DNA of 29,421 nucleotides, taken from positions 1 to 29,421 of the forward strand of contig JBAYPN010000009.1 of assembly GCA_041677685.1 (NCBI GenBank), given 5' to 3'. Under the pieces are notes generated by a model. That model worked only from the letters and a program-made list of their open reading frames with translations, searched no databases and was not told where the DNA came from. This DNA is from an archaeon (GTDB lineage Archaea > Iainarchaeota > Iainarchaeia > Iainarchaeales > CSSED10-239). A program made the translations under genes and the position numbers. Positions 1 to 8,637 of the stretch are shown one piece after another. Each line of letters begins with the position of its first letter. Within the stretch, counting starts at the first letter, position 1.

Positions 1-1012
1 CTAAGCGCTGGTAAAGAGCGGGCCTAACTCTGAGGCTCTCATGGTAGCGTAATACCTTGCCGATTAAATGTCGGCTTGCACCAAGGAAGTAACGAGATCG
101 TCACTGTCCCTAACTTTAACCTAGTGAACTTGCTTGCGTGGTGAATAAGCCACGAACAACCAATGGGAGGATAAGACCCCACGGAGGTTTACCACAGTCT
201 GATGTTGTTATACTATTCTTACTATAGAGCGTAGATGGGAGTCGCTTAAGCTGCTTTCGCTAGGAAGTAGTTAGACACCAATGTAACACCATCTAGTAGG
301 AAAAGTATAGCTCACGTCTATATGGCGGACAGCATTTGATTTGGTGGTTGGACTGGGGCGGTACACCCCTGAAAGGATATCAGGGGTGTCCAAAGGTCTG
401 CTCAGGCTGGTCAGAAATCAGCCGTAGAGGACAAAACCAAAAGCAGGCTTAACAATGTTCCTAAAAGCACGGAACGTTGGAAGGAAACTTGGGTTTAGCG
501 AACGCTAGTGTCCCTATTTATGGGGGCCTAGTCTGACAGTGAACTTACCCTGGGGGTAACTGGGTTGTCGCGGGTAAGAGTTCACATCGACCCCGCGGTT
601 TGCTACCTCGCTGTCGGCTTACGGCATCCTGGCTGTGCACAAGTAGCCAAGGGTGGAGGTGTTCACTCATTAAAGCCGTACATTAGCTGGGTTAAGAACG
701 ATGCGAGTCAGTTTGGTTCCTATCTATTGGTTGTGTTGGTTGTCTGAGGGTAAGATTTGTTTAGTACGAGAGGAACGATGAGTCGCAGCCTCTGGTGTGT
801 GGATTGTCTGACAAGGCATGTCTGGTAGCTACGCTGTATTCGATAAGTGCTGAAAGCATCTAAGCACGAAGCGAAACCTAAAAATAGATAGCCATTCTTG
901 CAGAAATGTGAGACGAAGACTCCGGAAGAAGACCGGTTTGATAGATCAGTAGTGTAAGTTTCGAGCTTTCGGGCGAGTAATTAAGCTTTCTGATACTAAG
1001 AGTCTGAGGAAA
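1..1012 (+). rRNA. 23S (LSU) rRNA, 3' partial (domains IV-VI); 5' end lies outside the window
   Basis: Colinear with the remembered E. coli 23S 3' third. This includes the H89-H93 peptidyl-transferase region (gggggtaactggg...aagagttcacatcgac...cctcgctgtcggct...agctgggtt), the sarcin-ricin loop agtacgagaggaac at 763-776, gtgctgaaagcatctaagcacgaa, and the 3' end ctgatactaagagtctgagg. GC content is far higher than in the flanking DNA. The 3' boundary is approximate (+/- 15 nt). Confidence 0.95.
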
Positions 1013-1234
1013 ATTTAAGAATTTTGCAAAAACCTTGTTCGTGGAGAATAAACACCTACTTTTTAAGTCTTTATTAGAATATACTGGTTTTTACTTTTTT
1101 TATTTTTTTAATTATTCTAATTTATCTTTCTCTTTTTTAATTTAATTAAATTATTTTTTTAAGTTTTTTAAATTACAATTTCTGAATTATTAGTTTAACT
1201 CTAGGGTTAAAAAGACTTACGTTACATAATTTTA

Positions 1235-1843
1235 ATGATGTTAGAAAAAATCAATTTTGTAGAAGTAAGTAAAGTTCATCCTGCTTTTTCAGGTTTGTTA
1301 GTTGATTGGTCAATTGGGTCAAGAGAGATAACAGCAACCATAACTAATCTAATTATAAAAAATAATATCTTTGTTGTATCTAACAAATTGATTTTAAATA
1401 ATCTAAACACACAGTATGCTTTTGAAAAAGAATTCTTACAAATAATTTTTGAAAATAAAAAGGAGTTAAGCTTTTTAGAGTTGTCAAGTAATGCCTACAA
1501 TAAATATTATAGAAAGCTACTAACTTTAATTTCAAAAGCACTAGTAACAGAAGGATATGTTGTTGAAAATGTGCACGATGTTATTGTAAGTAATTTAAAG
1601 AACAAATATTCAAAGAATTTAAATCAAAAGGCAGTGATTGTTTTTTTAAAATTGTTTAGTTCTAAATCATCTAATTCAATATCTTTTGGAATTGGAGACA
1701 AGTGGATAAGTAAGTTGGGTGTTGGTAATTCATCTATTAATAATTACTTAGAAAGATATGGTAAATCTTCTGATTTTGTATACAATTACTTTGATTTAAA
1801 TAAGTTCTTGTTAGATTTAGAAATAGACAAAAATAGGAAATAG
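1235..1843 (+). CDS. Hypothetical protein with a DUF2207 C-terminal-like motif
   Basis: 202-aa ORF with an ATG start. The N-terminal segment VHPAFSGLLVDWSIGSREITATITNLIIKNNIFV resembles the conserved P-x-x-x-G-x-L-x-D...(D/E)ITATLxDLAxRGYL motif of the cytoplasmic part of DUF2207 proteins. No TM segment. Confidence 0.55.
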   Translation: MMLEKINFVEVSKVHPAFSGLLVDWSIGSREITATITNLIIKNNIFVVSNKLILNNLNTQYAFEKEFLQIIFENKKELSFLELSSNAYNKYYRKLLTLISKALVTEGYVVENVHDVIVSNLKNKYSKNLNQKAVIVFLKLFSSKSSNSISFGIGDKWISKLGVGNSSINNYLERYGKSSDFVYNYFDLNKFLLDLEIDKNRK

Positions 1844-1912
1844 GTTTAAAAGAAAAGGTATAAAAATTGGGAATTAAAATATTTAAATATTAAATTTAAA
1901 AGAAATGGTGTT

Positions 1913-2602
1913 ATGAAAAAGGTATCTAAGATCTATAACTTTTTACTTGTAGAGTATGGTTATCAAGGTTGGTGGCCACTTAGTGATGTTTATAGAAAAA
2001 CAAATAATTTTTATCACCCAAACAATTATAATTTTCCAAAAAATAAAAAACAAAGATTTGAAATCTGTTTAGGCTGTATTCTTACTCAAAACACCTCTTG
2101 GAAAAATGTAGAAATTGGAATTAAAAACTTAAAGGAAAATAAGTTATTTAAATCAAGAAGATTATTAAATTATGATTTAGAAAAATTAAAAGAACTAATA
2201 AAGCCTTGCGGGTATTATAATCAGAAAACAGAATATATAATTGAGTTTACTAAATTCTATATGGCTAACAGAAGAAAAGATTTTGCAAGAGAAAATTTAT
2301 TAAAAGTAAAAGGCGTTGGTCCTGAAACTGCTGATTCAATGCTACTTTATGCTTTTAAAAAACCTAACTTCGTTGTTGACACCTACACTAAAAGAATTCT
2401 TCTAAATTTAAAAATTTGTAAAGAAGAAGATGATTATTACACTATTCAAAGATTATTTTTAGAAAATATAAATATTGAAAATATAAAAGAGAAAGTAAAC
2501 TATTTTCAAGAATATCATGCTCTACTTGTTAGACATGCGAAAAAATATTATAGAAGAAAAGAAGATTATAAAAAAGATCCTCTTATTAATATTCTAAAAT
2601 AA
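1913..2602 (+). CDS. HhH-GPD superfamily DNA glycosylase, endonuclease III-related (COG2231-like)
   Basis: GWWP near the N-terminus, ILTQNTSW, the helix-hairpin-helix VKGVGPETADSMLLYAF, the catalytic-Asp context FVVDTYTKRIL, and EYHALLVRH. GGTG lies upstream of the ATG. Confidence 0.8.
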   Translation: MKKVSKIYNFLLVEYGYQGWWPLSDVYRKTNNFYHPNNYNFPKNKKQRFEICLGCILTQNTSWKNVEIGIKNLKENKLFKSRRLLNYDLEKLKELIKPCGYYNQKTEYIIEFTKFYMANRRKDFARENLLKVKGVGPETADSMLLYAFKKPNFVVDTYTKRILLNLKICKEEDDYYTIQRLFLENINIENIKEKVNYFQEYHALLVRHAKKYYRRKEDYKKDPLINILK

Positions 2603-2621
2603 TTTAAATTTTAGAAATAAG

Positions 2622-3371
2622 TTATTTAGAATATTTTTCTACAAACAAAACTAAAGCATTTGTTGAATATAAAATAATTACTAAATATAAAATTGATCTT
2701 ATTATTAAACTAGCTGGTTCATTATAAAAAAATATTACAGAATATAAAAAATCTACAAGATAATATATGATGTAAATAAACACCATTAAAAATATAATAA
2801 AAACGATTGATAATATAAATCTTCTTTTAACAAATTCCCAAGAATCCTTTAAAGCATTAGAAATTGTGTAGGTGTTTAAACCTAACTTAACTGCTGCAAA
2901 GGTAAACACGAATAAAGCTGCAATCAAACAAAGCCCAAGTATTATTAAAAGAATTATAGTAAAGATATTAATAAATGACATCAATAATGAAAAGATTAAG
3001 GAGAATACAATAATAACTAAGAAAAGTAGTATTGTAAAAACTAACACTTTAGAAAAACCCTTTCCAAAACTTTCCTTCTTTTTACTTGCTGATAGACTAA
3101 CAATATAAACTAAATAATTAATTATAAATAAAGATGCAAACCAAACCAAAATAATTAAAATTGTTTCAAAGCCATAGAAGTTAATAAAAAATTTAAACAT
3201 ATTAATTATGGACATGTCAAGAACATTTTGTTGCAAAAGAATAATCTTTTCAGTTATGTAACTTTGAGTAAAAATATTAAACAAAACATATATGGCTGCA
3301 ATAATTAGCATATAAAAAAAAAATATTTTCTTTTTAAAAAAATTCCAAGCCTTAAAGTATAATTCAAACAT
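2622..3371 (-). CDS. Polytopic integral membrane protein, function unknown
   Basis: 249-aa ORF with an ATG start and about 6 long hydrophobic segments. It sits 17 nt downstream of 3389-3871 on the same strand, with aggaaaag before the ATG, so it looks operon-like. Confidence 0.7.
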   Translation of the reverse strand: MFELYFKAWNFFKKKIFFFYMLIIAAIYVLFNIFTQSYITEKIILLQQNVLDMSIINMFKFFINFYGFETILIILVWFASLFIINYLVYIVSLSASKKKESFGKGFSKVLVFTILLFLVIIVFSLIFSLLMSFINIFTIILLIILGLCLIAALFVFTFAAVKLGLNTYTISNALKDSWEFVKRRFILSIVFIIFLMVFIYIIYYLVDFLYSVIFFYNEPASLIIRSILYLVIILYSTNALVLFVEKYSK

Positions 3372-3388
3372 TTTATTCTTTTCCTATT

Positions 3389-3871
3389 TTATTTTCTAAT
3401 AATTTCTAAATTTGTTCTTTTTGTATATGTCTTTTGATTTAAAATATATTCAATATTAAAGCTATATGTTCCTTCTATAATATTGTCTTTGTTTTTTGGT
3501 CTAACGTCACAGTAGATTGTTCTCTTGTTCTTTGCAGACATTATTGGAATTGTAATTGTATTATAATTGGTTGAGTCTTTACAAAATATAATAAAATTAT
3601 CTTCTATAGATTCAATATTAACAACTGCATCTTGTATGTCTATTGCAGTATTATTCTTAATAGTAATTTCTAAAATTGAATTTGTTTTTTTAATTAAATT
3701 TAATGGGTTTTTATCAAACTTAACTTTAATTGGGTTCTTTGTTAAGAAGTTATCCCAATCTATTTTGGTAATAAAAAATATTAATAGAATTAAAAAAACA
3801 ATAGACACTATAATTATAATTAAAGTTTTAGATTTTAAAAAATCAAATTTATTTTCTTTATATATACTCAT
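3389..3871 (-). CDS. Membrane-anchored protein with a beta-rich ectodomain (CARDB/Ig-like by pattern), function unknown
   Basis: 160-aa ORF with a single N-terminal TM (LIIIIVSIVFLILLIFFI). An alternating beta-strand-like sequence follows (ILEITIKNNTAIDIQDAVVNIESI). Confidence 0.6.
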   Translation of the reverse strand: MSIYKENKFDFLKSKTLIIIIVSIVFLILLIFFITKIDWDNFLTKNPIKVKFDKNPLNLIKKTNSILEITIKNNTAIDIQDAVVNIESIEDNFIIFCKDSTNYNTITIPIMSAKNKRTIYCDVRPKNKDNIIEGTYSFNIEYILNQKTYTKRTNLEIIRK

Positions 3872-3967
3872 ATTTATATCATTTTTTAACTTATGTCTAA
3901 AATATTATATACAATAGTCTTTTTATATCTTATTTTTTAAAGGATCTACTTTTAATGTATGATTTCC

Positions 3968-4001
3968 TTTCATTTATATAGTTTAGTATTTCATTTATAT
4001 A
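3968..4001. promoter_or_regulatory. Two copies of tttcatttatata, each containing a consensus archaeal TATA box (TTTATATA), in the divergent intergenic region
   Basis: Exact 13-nt direct repeat at 3968-3980 and 3989-4001, 21 nt apart. It lies between the divergent starts at 3871 (-) and 4090 (+). Promoter function is inferred only. Confidence 0.35.
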
Positions 4002-4089
4002 CTTTTCTATGTATATAATATATAGTAAATCATAACTATTTTTTAGTTAAACACATATACAAATTTATAAAATTTAAAGGTGAATTTTT

Positions 4090-4830
4090 ATGGGATTAAG
4101 ACCAGGCCGTTGTTACAATAAGAATGTAAAGAAAAGAGCTTATACAAGAGTTGCAAAAAAAGTGCATAGAAAAAACTATGTTGGTGGAATACCAGGTCTA
4201 AAGATCAGACAGTTCCATATGGGTTTTGGAGACAGAAGCTATACTCATGTTGTTCATTATGCTGTTACAGAAAAGATACAGATTAGAGATAATGCTTTAG
4301 AGTCTGCGAGAACAACTATTGTAAGACAATTAAATAAAAAATTAACTGCTCAAAATTTCTATATGAAATTAAGAGTTTATCCACAATTTTTCTTAAGAGA
4401 AAATAAACAAGCACAAGGTGCACATGCCGACAGAATACAGCAAGGTATGAGTTCATGTCCTTTTGGAAAAGTTGTTGGTGCTGCATCAAGAGTAAGACCT
4501 AATCAAAAGATATTTAGTATACTTGTTGATGAGCAAAATATTCCAGTTGTTAAAGAAAGCTTAAACAAAGTGAATGCTAAGTTTCCTACAAAAATGAAAA
4601 TTATAATTGAAGAAAATAAAGATTCATTAAAGTCTGTTGGAACAACAAAGAAGAGAAGAAAATTATTAAAGGCAGCTGAAGAAGAAACAAAAGCAGCAGA
4701 AGCTACAAAGGCAGCGTTAAAAGATGCTAAAAAAACTGTTGAGAAGAAAGATTCAAAAGCTTCAACAGGAAAAGATGCTGGTGGTAAGAAAGATGCTGGT
4801 GCTAAGAAGGATGATAAGAAAAAGAAGTAA
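4090..4830 (+). CDS. rpl10e: 50S ribosomal protein uL16 (L10e) with a Lys/Ala-rich C-terminal extension
   Basis: The N-terminus MGLRPGRCYNK...YTRVAKK...GGIPGLKIRQFHMG is the archaeal/eukaryotic L10e signature. SD aaaggtga lies 7 nt upstream. At 246 aa it exceeds the roughly 170-180 aa typical for archaeal L10e. Confidence 0.95.
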   Translation: MGLRPGRCYNKNVKKRAYTRVAKKVHRKNYVGGIPGLKIRQFHMGFGDRSYTHVVHYAVTEKIQIRDNALESARTTIVRQLNKKLTAQNFYMKLRVYPQFFLRENKQAQGAHADRIQQGMSSCPFGKVVGAASRVRPNQKIFSILVDEQNIPVVKESLNKVNAKFPTKMKIIIEENKDSLKSVGTTKKRRKLLKAAEEETKAAEATKAALKDAKKTVEKKDSKASTGKDAGGKKDAGAKKDDKKKK

Positions 4831-4887
4831 AATTCTTTTCTTTTCTTCTTTTTTAATTTTCAATATAATTAAAGTTATAGATGTTTT

Positions 4888-6060
4888 ATGTACTTATTTT
4901 TACTTGGAAGAGATTATAAATTATCAAAATTAGAATTAATTGTTTATTTAAAAACCTTAGAAGTAAAATATTCTATAATCTCTGACCATGACAAATACCT
5001 ATTCATTAATTTCTTTCAAAAAATAAATTTAAATAAAGTTATAACTGATCTTGGTGGAACTACAAGAATTGCAAAAATATTTCATAAGTCTGAAAAAATA
5101 GATTCTAATTTTATTAATTACTTAGATTTAGATACTCCTAAAAAATTTAATTATTCTGTTTCCTCAATTGATATAGAGGAGAAAAACATAGAATCAATCT
5201 TAATTATTTTAAAAGAATATTATAAGTCAATCAAATCAAAAGCAGTTTATAAAAAACCAAGAAAATTTAAAAAAGAAAGATTAACAATTGTAAATCCTGA
5301 TAATTATTTTTCTTGGAAATTAGATGAGGGTTTTGAATTGTTTGTAATTAAAGAAAAAAATATTTATTATTTTGCAAAAACTGTTTTTTCCTCTAGTTCT
5401 AAAGAAAATAGATTTAAAGACACTAATAGACCTTTAAAAAAAAACCTACACACAACTTCCTTTAGACTTGCAAGGATTATGGTTAATCTCTTAGGTCTAG
5501 AAAAAAATAAAACAATTCTTGATCCTTTTTGTGGAACTGGAACCTTTCTAATTGAAGGATTGATTAGAAATTATAATGTTATTGGTGTTGATAAAAATAC
5601 TGAGATGGCAGAAATTTCTTTAAGAAATTTAAATTGGGCTCAAAAGGAATTTAAGTTTAATAATACTTATAAAGTTATTACTGGGAATTCAACTAAAATT
5701 AAATTTAAAGCAGATGCTTGTGTCTTTGAACCATTTATGGGTCCTTTTTTAGACAATTTGCCAAACACTTTTAGAGCTCAAAAAATAGTGTCTAACTTAA
5801 GTGTGCTTTATTCTGATCTGTTTGAAAATTTAAATTCAAATTTAAAAAGAAATTCTGTTGTTGTTTTTATTTTGCCTGAATTTAGGACTTTTGATAACAA
5901 GATTGTTAATGTTTCTGAAAATGTTTTTTTAAAAAATAATTTTAAAAAATTAGATGTACAGTCACTAGATGGAGATATAAAGCTTGAAAATCCAATTTTT
6001 TATACAACTCCAAATGGTTCTAAGATAAACAGGTATATTTATATTTTAAAAAGAAATTAA
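4888..6060 (+). CDS. UPF0020/Trm11-family putative RNA (guanine-N2) methyltransferase, divergent
   Basis: Trm11-like N-terminus (LLGRDYKLSKLEL), SAM motif I ILDPFCGTGTFLIEG, and VIGVDKN. Motif IV reads VFEPFMG instead of DPPYG. Confidence 0.6.
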   Translation: MYLFLLGRDYKLSKLELIVYLKTLEVKYSIISDHDKYLFINFFQKINLNKVITDLGGTTRIAKIFHKSEKIDSNFINYLDLDTPKKFNYSVSSIDIEEKNIESILIILKEYYKSIKSKAVYKKPRKFKKERLTIVNPDNYFSWKLDEGFELFVIKEKNIYYFAKTVFSSSSKENRFKDTNRPLKKNLHTTSFRLARIMVNLLGLEKNKTILDPFCGTGTFLIEGLIRNYNVIGVDKNTEMAEISLRNLNWAQKEFKFNNTYKVITGNSTKIKFKADACVFEPFMGPFLDNLPNTFRAQKIVSNLSVLYSDLFENLNSNLKRNSVVVFILPEFRTFDNKIVNVSENVFLKNNFKKLDVQSLDGDIKLENPIFYTTPNGSKINRYIYILKRN

Positions 6061-6079
6061 AAAAAGGGGTGGATTATTT

Positions 6080-6541
6080 ATGGAGAGAAGTTTAATTATT
6101 TTTAAACCAGATTCTTTAAATAGAGCTTTGGTTGGAGAAATTTTACATAGGTTTGAAAGAAAGGGGCTAAAGATTATTGGAATGAAGATGACTTACTTAG
6201 ATGATGATCTTTTAGGTCAACATTATTTTCATCTAAAAGACAAACCTTTCTTTCCAAGATTAAAAAGATTTATGCAAAGTGCACCTTCTATTGTAGCTGT
6301 TTTAGAAGGAAACAATGTTATTGAAGTTGTTAGAAATCTTGTAGGTGTTACAAGAGGTTATGAAGCACTTTCTGGAACTGTGAGAGGAGATTATTCTTTA
6401 TCAGGGCAGTGTAATGTTATTCATGCCTCAGATTCACCAGTAAATGCAGAACTAGAAATTTCTAGGTTTTTTAATCATGATGAATTATTTAATTATGAGA
6501 AGATTGATTTAGAATATATTTATGCAGAAGACGAATTATAA
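6080..6541 (+). CDS. ndk: Nucleoside diphosphate kinase
   Basis: ERSLIIFKPDS, RFERKGLKIIGMK, PFF, GTVRGDY, and the catalytic His context NVIHASDS. SD ggggtgga upstream. Confidence 0.95.
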   Translation: MERSLIIFKPDSLNRALVGEILHRFERKGLKIIGMKMTYLDDDLLGQHYFHLKDKPFFPRLKRFMQSAPSIVAVLEGNNVIEVVRNLVGVTRGYEALSGTVRGDYSLSGQCNVIHASDSPVNAELEISRFFNHDELFNYEKIDLEYIYAEDEL

Positions 6542-6642
6542 TTTTTTGTTTTTTTAATTTAATTTTTTTTAAAATAGATATATTTAAAAAGATTATAATA
6601 TAGTATATACAATGGTTTATTAAAAAAAAGGGGGAATAATTT

Positions 6643-7068
6643 ATGTTAAATTTATTAAATATAGGTGTGCAAGATTTTAGCATGGCTGCTCTTGGAGCAT
6701 TTATAGCTAGTATGGCAATATTCTTTTTGTTAATTGGAATTGCAATATATGTTTATTTTGCATTAACATTAAGTACAATTGCAAAAAAGTTAGGTTATGA
6801 ATATCATTGGCTAGCTTGGATTCCAGTTGCAAATTTGTTTTTGTATCCAATATTAGCTAAAAAACATTGGGCATTAGGTTTTTTGTTTTTAATTCCAATT
6901 GCAAATGTAGTTTTATATTTTGTTTGGAAGTGGCAAATTTATGAATTAAGAAATTATCCTGGTTGGTTAAGTCTGGTATTAATTTTAAGTATAGTCCCAT
7001 TATTAAACGTTTTAGCATTTATTGCTGAATTGGTAATTGTTGGACTTGTAGCTTGGAAAGATAGATAA
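6643..7068 (+). CDS. Small multi-pass membrane protein with three (I/V)P-x-x-N motifs (DUF5684-like by pattern)
   Basis: 141 aa with about 4 TM segments. Repeated WIPVANLFLY / LIPIANVVLY / IVPLLNVLAF motifs. SD aagggggaa upstream. Confidence 0.7.
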   Translation: MLNLLNIGVQDFSMAALGAFIASMAIFFLLIGIAIYVYFALTLSTIAKKLGYEYHWLAWIPVANLFLYPILAKKHWALGFLFLIPIANVVLYFVWKWQIYELRNYPGWLSLVLILSIVPLLNVLAFIAELVIVGLVAWKDR

Positions 7069-7122
7069 GTTGGTAATTTCTTTTCCTTTTTTTCTTTTCT
7101 TTTATTTCAAATTTGGTTATAT

Positions 7123-7782
7123 ATGTTAGAAGCAGTGGTTTTTGATTTTGATGGAGTGATTTATAATTCTCCACATTATATTTATTTAGCAAGAAAAAAC
7201 TTTTTTAAAAAGTATGATATTGATTTTTTAAAAAAAGATTTTAAGAAATATCTTGCAATGGTAACTTCTGATTTTGTTAGACAAATAAATGAAGAGAATA
7301 AAGCAAACATCACTCTTAAAGAATTAAACCTTTTTACAAGAAAAGAAGTAACTAAGTTAATGGTTAATAACCATATTCTTAAACCAGGAATTAAAAAATT
7401 ATTAGATACTCTTAAAAAAAATAAAATAAAAGTAGCAATTGCTTCTTCAAATGAAAAAGAAACAATTAAAGAAGATTTAAAAAAACTAGGTTTGTTAGAA
7501 TATTTTAAAATTATAGTTTCTAAAGAAGATGTTACTAAACGAAAACCTGATCCTGAATCTTTTAGACTTGCTTGTAAGAAGTTGAATGTTAATCCACTTT
7601 TTTGTGTTGGAATTGAGGATAGTCCTTTAGGTGTTGTAAGTATTAACAAGGCAGGACTAAAATCAATTGCTTTAATTTCTGAATTCACAAACAAGACTGA
7701 TTTTAAGAAAGTTGATGCTAATTTAATTATTAATTCTGTTGAAGAATTGAGTTTATCTAAATTAAAAAAATTAATAAATTAA
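7123..7782 (+). CDS. HAD-IA family hydrolase (beta-phosphoglucomutase/phosphatase-like)
   Basis: HAD motif I VVFDFDGVIYNS, motif II IASSN, motif III KRKPDPESF, motif IV GIEDSPLGV. Confidence 0.85.
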   Translation: MLEAVVFDFDGVIYNSPHYIYLARKNFFKKYDIDFLKKDFKKYLAMVTSDFVRQINEENKANITLKELNLFTRKEVTKLMVNNHILKPGIKKLLDTLKKNKIKVAIASSNEKETIKEDLKKLGLLEYFKIIVSKEDVTKRKPDPESFRLACKKLNVNPLFCVGIEDSPLGVVSINKAGLKSIALISEFTNKTDFKKVDANLIINSVEELSLSKLKKLIN

Positions 7783-7861
7783 TTTGTAATTTATATGTTT
7801 TTAATTATAATTGTTTAAACTATATAAATTATAAAAATAAAATTTAGTTGATGATTAAAAT

Positions 7862-8637
7862 ATGAAAGAAGTTAAAGATTATTATAATACCTTTCAATAT
7901 CCAAAAATTAACTTGTTTACAAATAAACAAAAAAAGAAACATAAAAAATTAATATTAAAAATACTTTCTTATGGAAAGATTTTTTTAAAAGATATTGATC
8001 AAAAAAAGATTTTAGATGCTGGGTGTGGAACTGGAGAAAAGGCAGTTTTTTTGCTAAAAATGGTGGGAAAGTTATAGCTATTGACTTTACAGAAAATCAA
8101 TTAAAGGTTGCAAAGGATTATGCAAAAAGAGTAGGTGTAGACAATAAAATTATTTTTAAACAAAAAGATATTATTAACTCTTCTTTAAAAGACTTAGAAA
8201 AGTTTGATATAATTATTTGCACAGGTGTTTTACATCATACAGAAGATGCTTATAAGGGTTTTTTAAATTTGGTTGGTTTATTAGAAAGAAATGGAATTAT
8301 AATTGTTGGACTATATCATAAATATGCAAGATGGAGATTTAGATTTATTAGATTTTTATTACATTTGTTTGTTTCTAAAGATTATAAGAAACTAGATTTG
8401 TGGTTTGAGAAAAATAATTTCTTTGCAAGATTTTTAAAGAGAGCTCCAAAGAATTCAGTTTATGATAGATATTTGGTGCCTTTTGAGTCTTACCATACCT
8501 TAAGAGAAGTAAAGGGTTGGTTTAAAAAAAATAATTTAAAATTTGTTGAAAATTCAAAGAATGTAGATGGTTTTGAAATATTTAAAATATTTGAAAGAAA
8601 AACTTTGTTTTTTGTAAGTGGACATAAAAATAAATAA
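7862..8637 (+). pseudogene. Class I SAM-dependent methyltransferase interrupted by a -1 frameshift in a T7 homopolymer
   Basis: ORF 7862-8077 ends ...ILDAGCGTGEKAVFLLKMVGKL*. ORF 8023-8637 continues in the -1 frame as ...FFAKNGGKVIAIDFTENQL...IICTGVLHHTED. Motif I plus the acidic post-I loop is therefore split at the T-run 8046-8052. One extra T would give the continuous sequence GCGTGEKAVFFAKNGGKVIAIDF. Confidence 0.75.

Noticed and set aside
565-747. 60-aa ORF in the track
   Set aside because: It lies entirely inside the conserved peptidyl-transferase region of the 23S rRNA, so it is a chance ORF in GC-rich rRNA.
1013-1234. Possible 5S rRNA or tRNA downstream of the 23S
   Set aside because: The spacer is uniformly AT-rich and T-tract-rich. 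It has no GC-rich helices or 5S-like loop motifs visible by eye.
3389-3871. Candidate pilin for the 15036-19536 machinery (also considered: 6643-7068 and 16924-17907)
   Set aside because: None has a short basic leader ending in (K/R)-G followed immediately by the hydrophobic stretch expected of class III signal peptides. In 16924-17907 the KGRS...TM segment lies about 240 residues into the protein.
2872-3917. ORFs 2872-3108(+) and 3567-3917(+)
   Set aside because: They are antisense to the longer membrane-protein ORFs. They have low-complexity I/K/N composition typical of shadow ORFs in AT-rich DNA, and no SD.
4724-4933. ORF 4724-4933(+), 69 aa
   Set aside because: It is an alternative frame over the Lys-rich tail of uL16, running into the next gene's start. 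It has no SD and is a frame artefact of the aag/aaa-rich sequence.
6489-7694. ORFs 6489-6683(-) and 7182-7694(-)
   Set aside because: They are antisense shadows of the ndk/membrane-protein spacer and of the HAD hydrolase gene. The sense ORFs carry clear family motifs.
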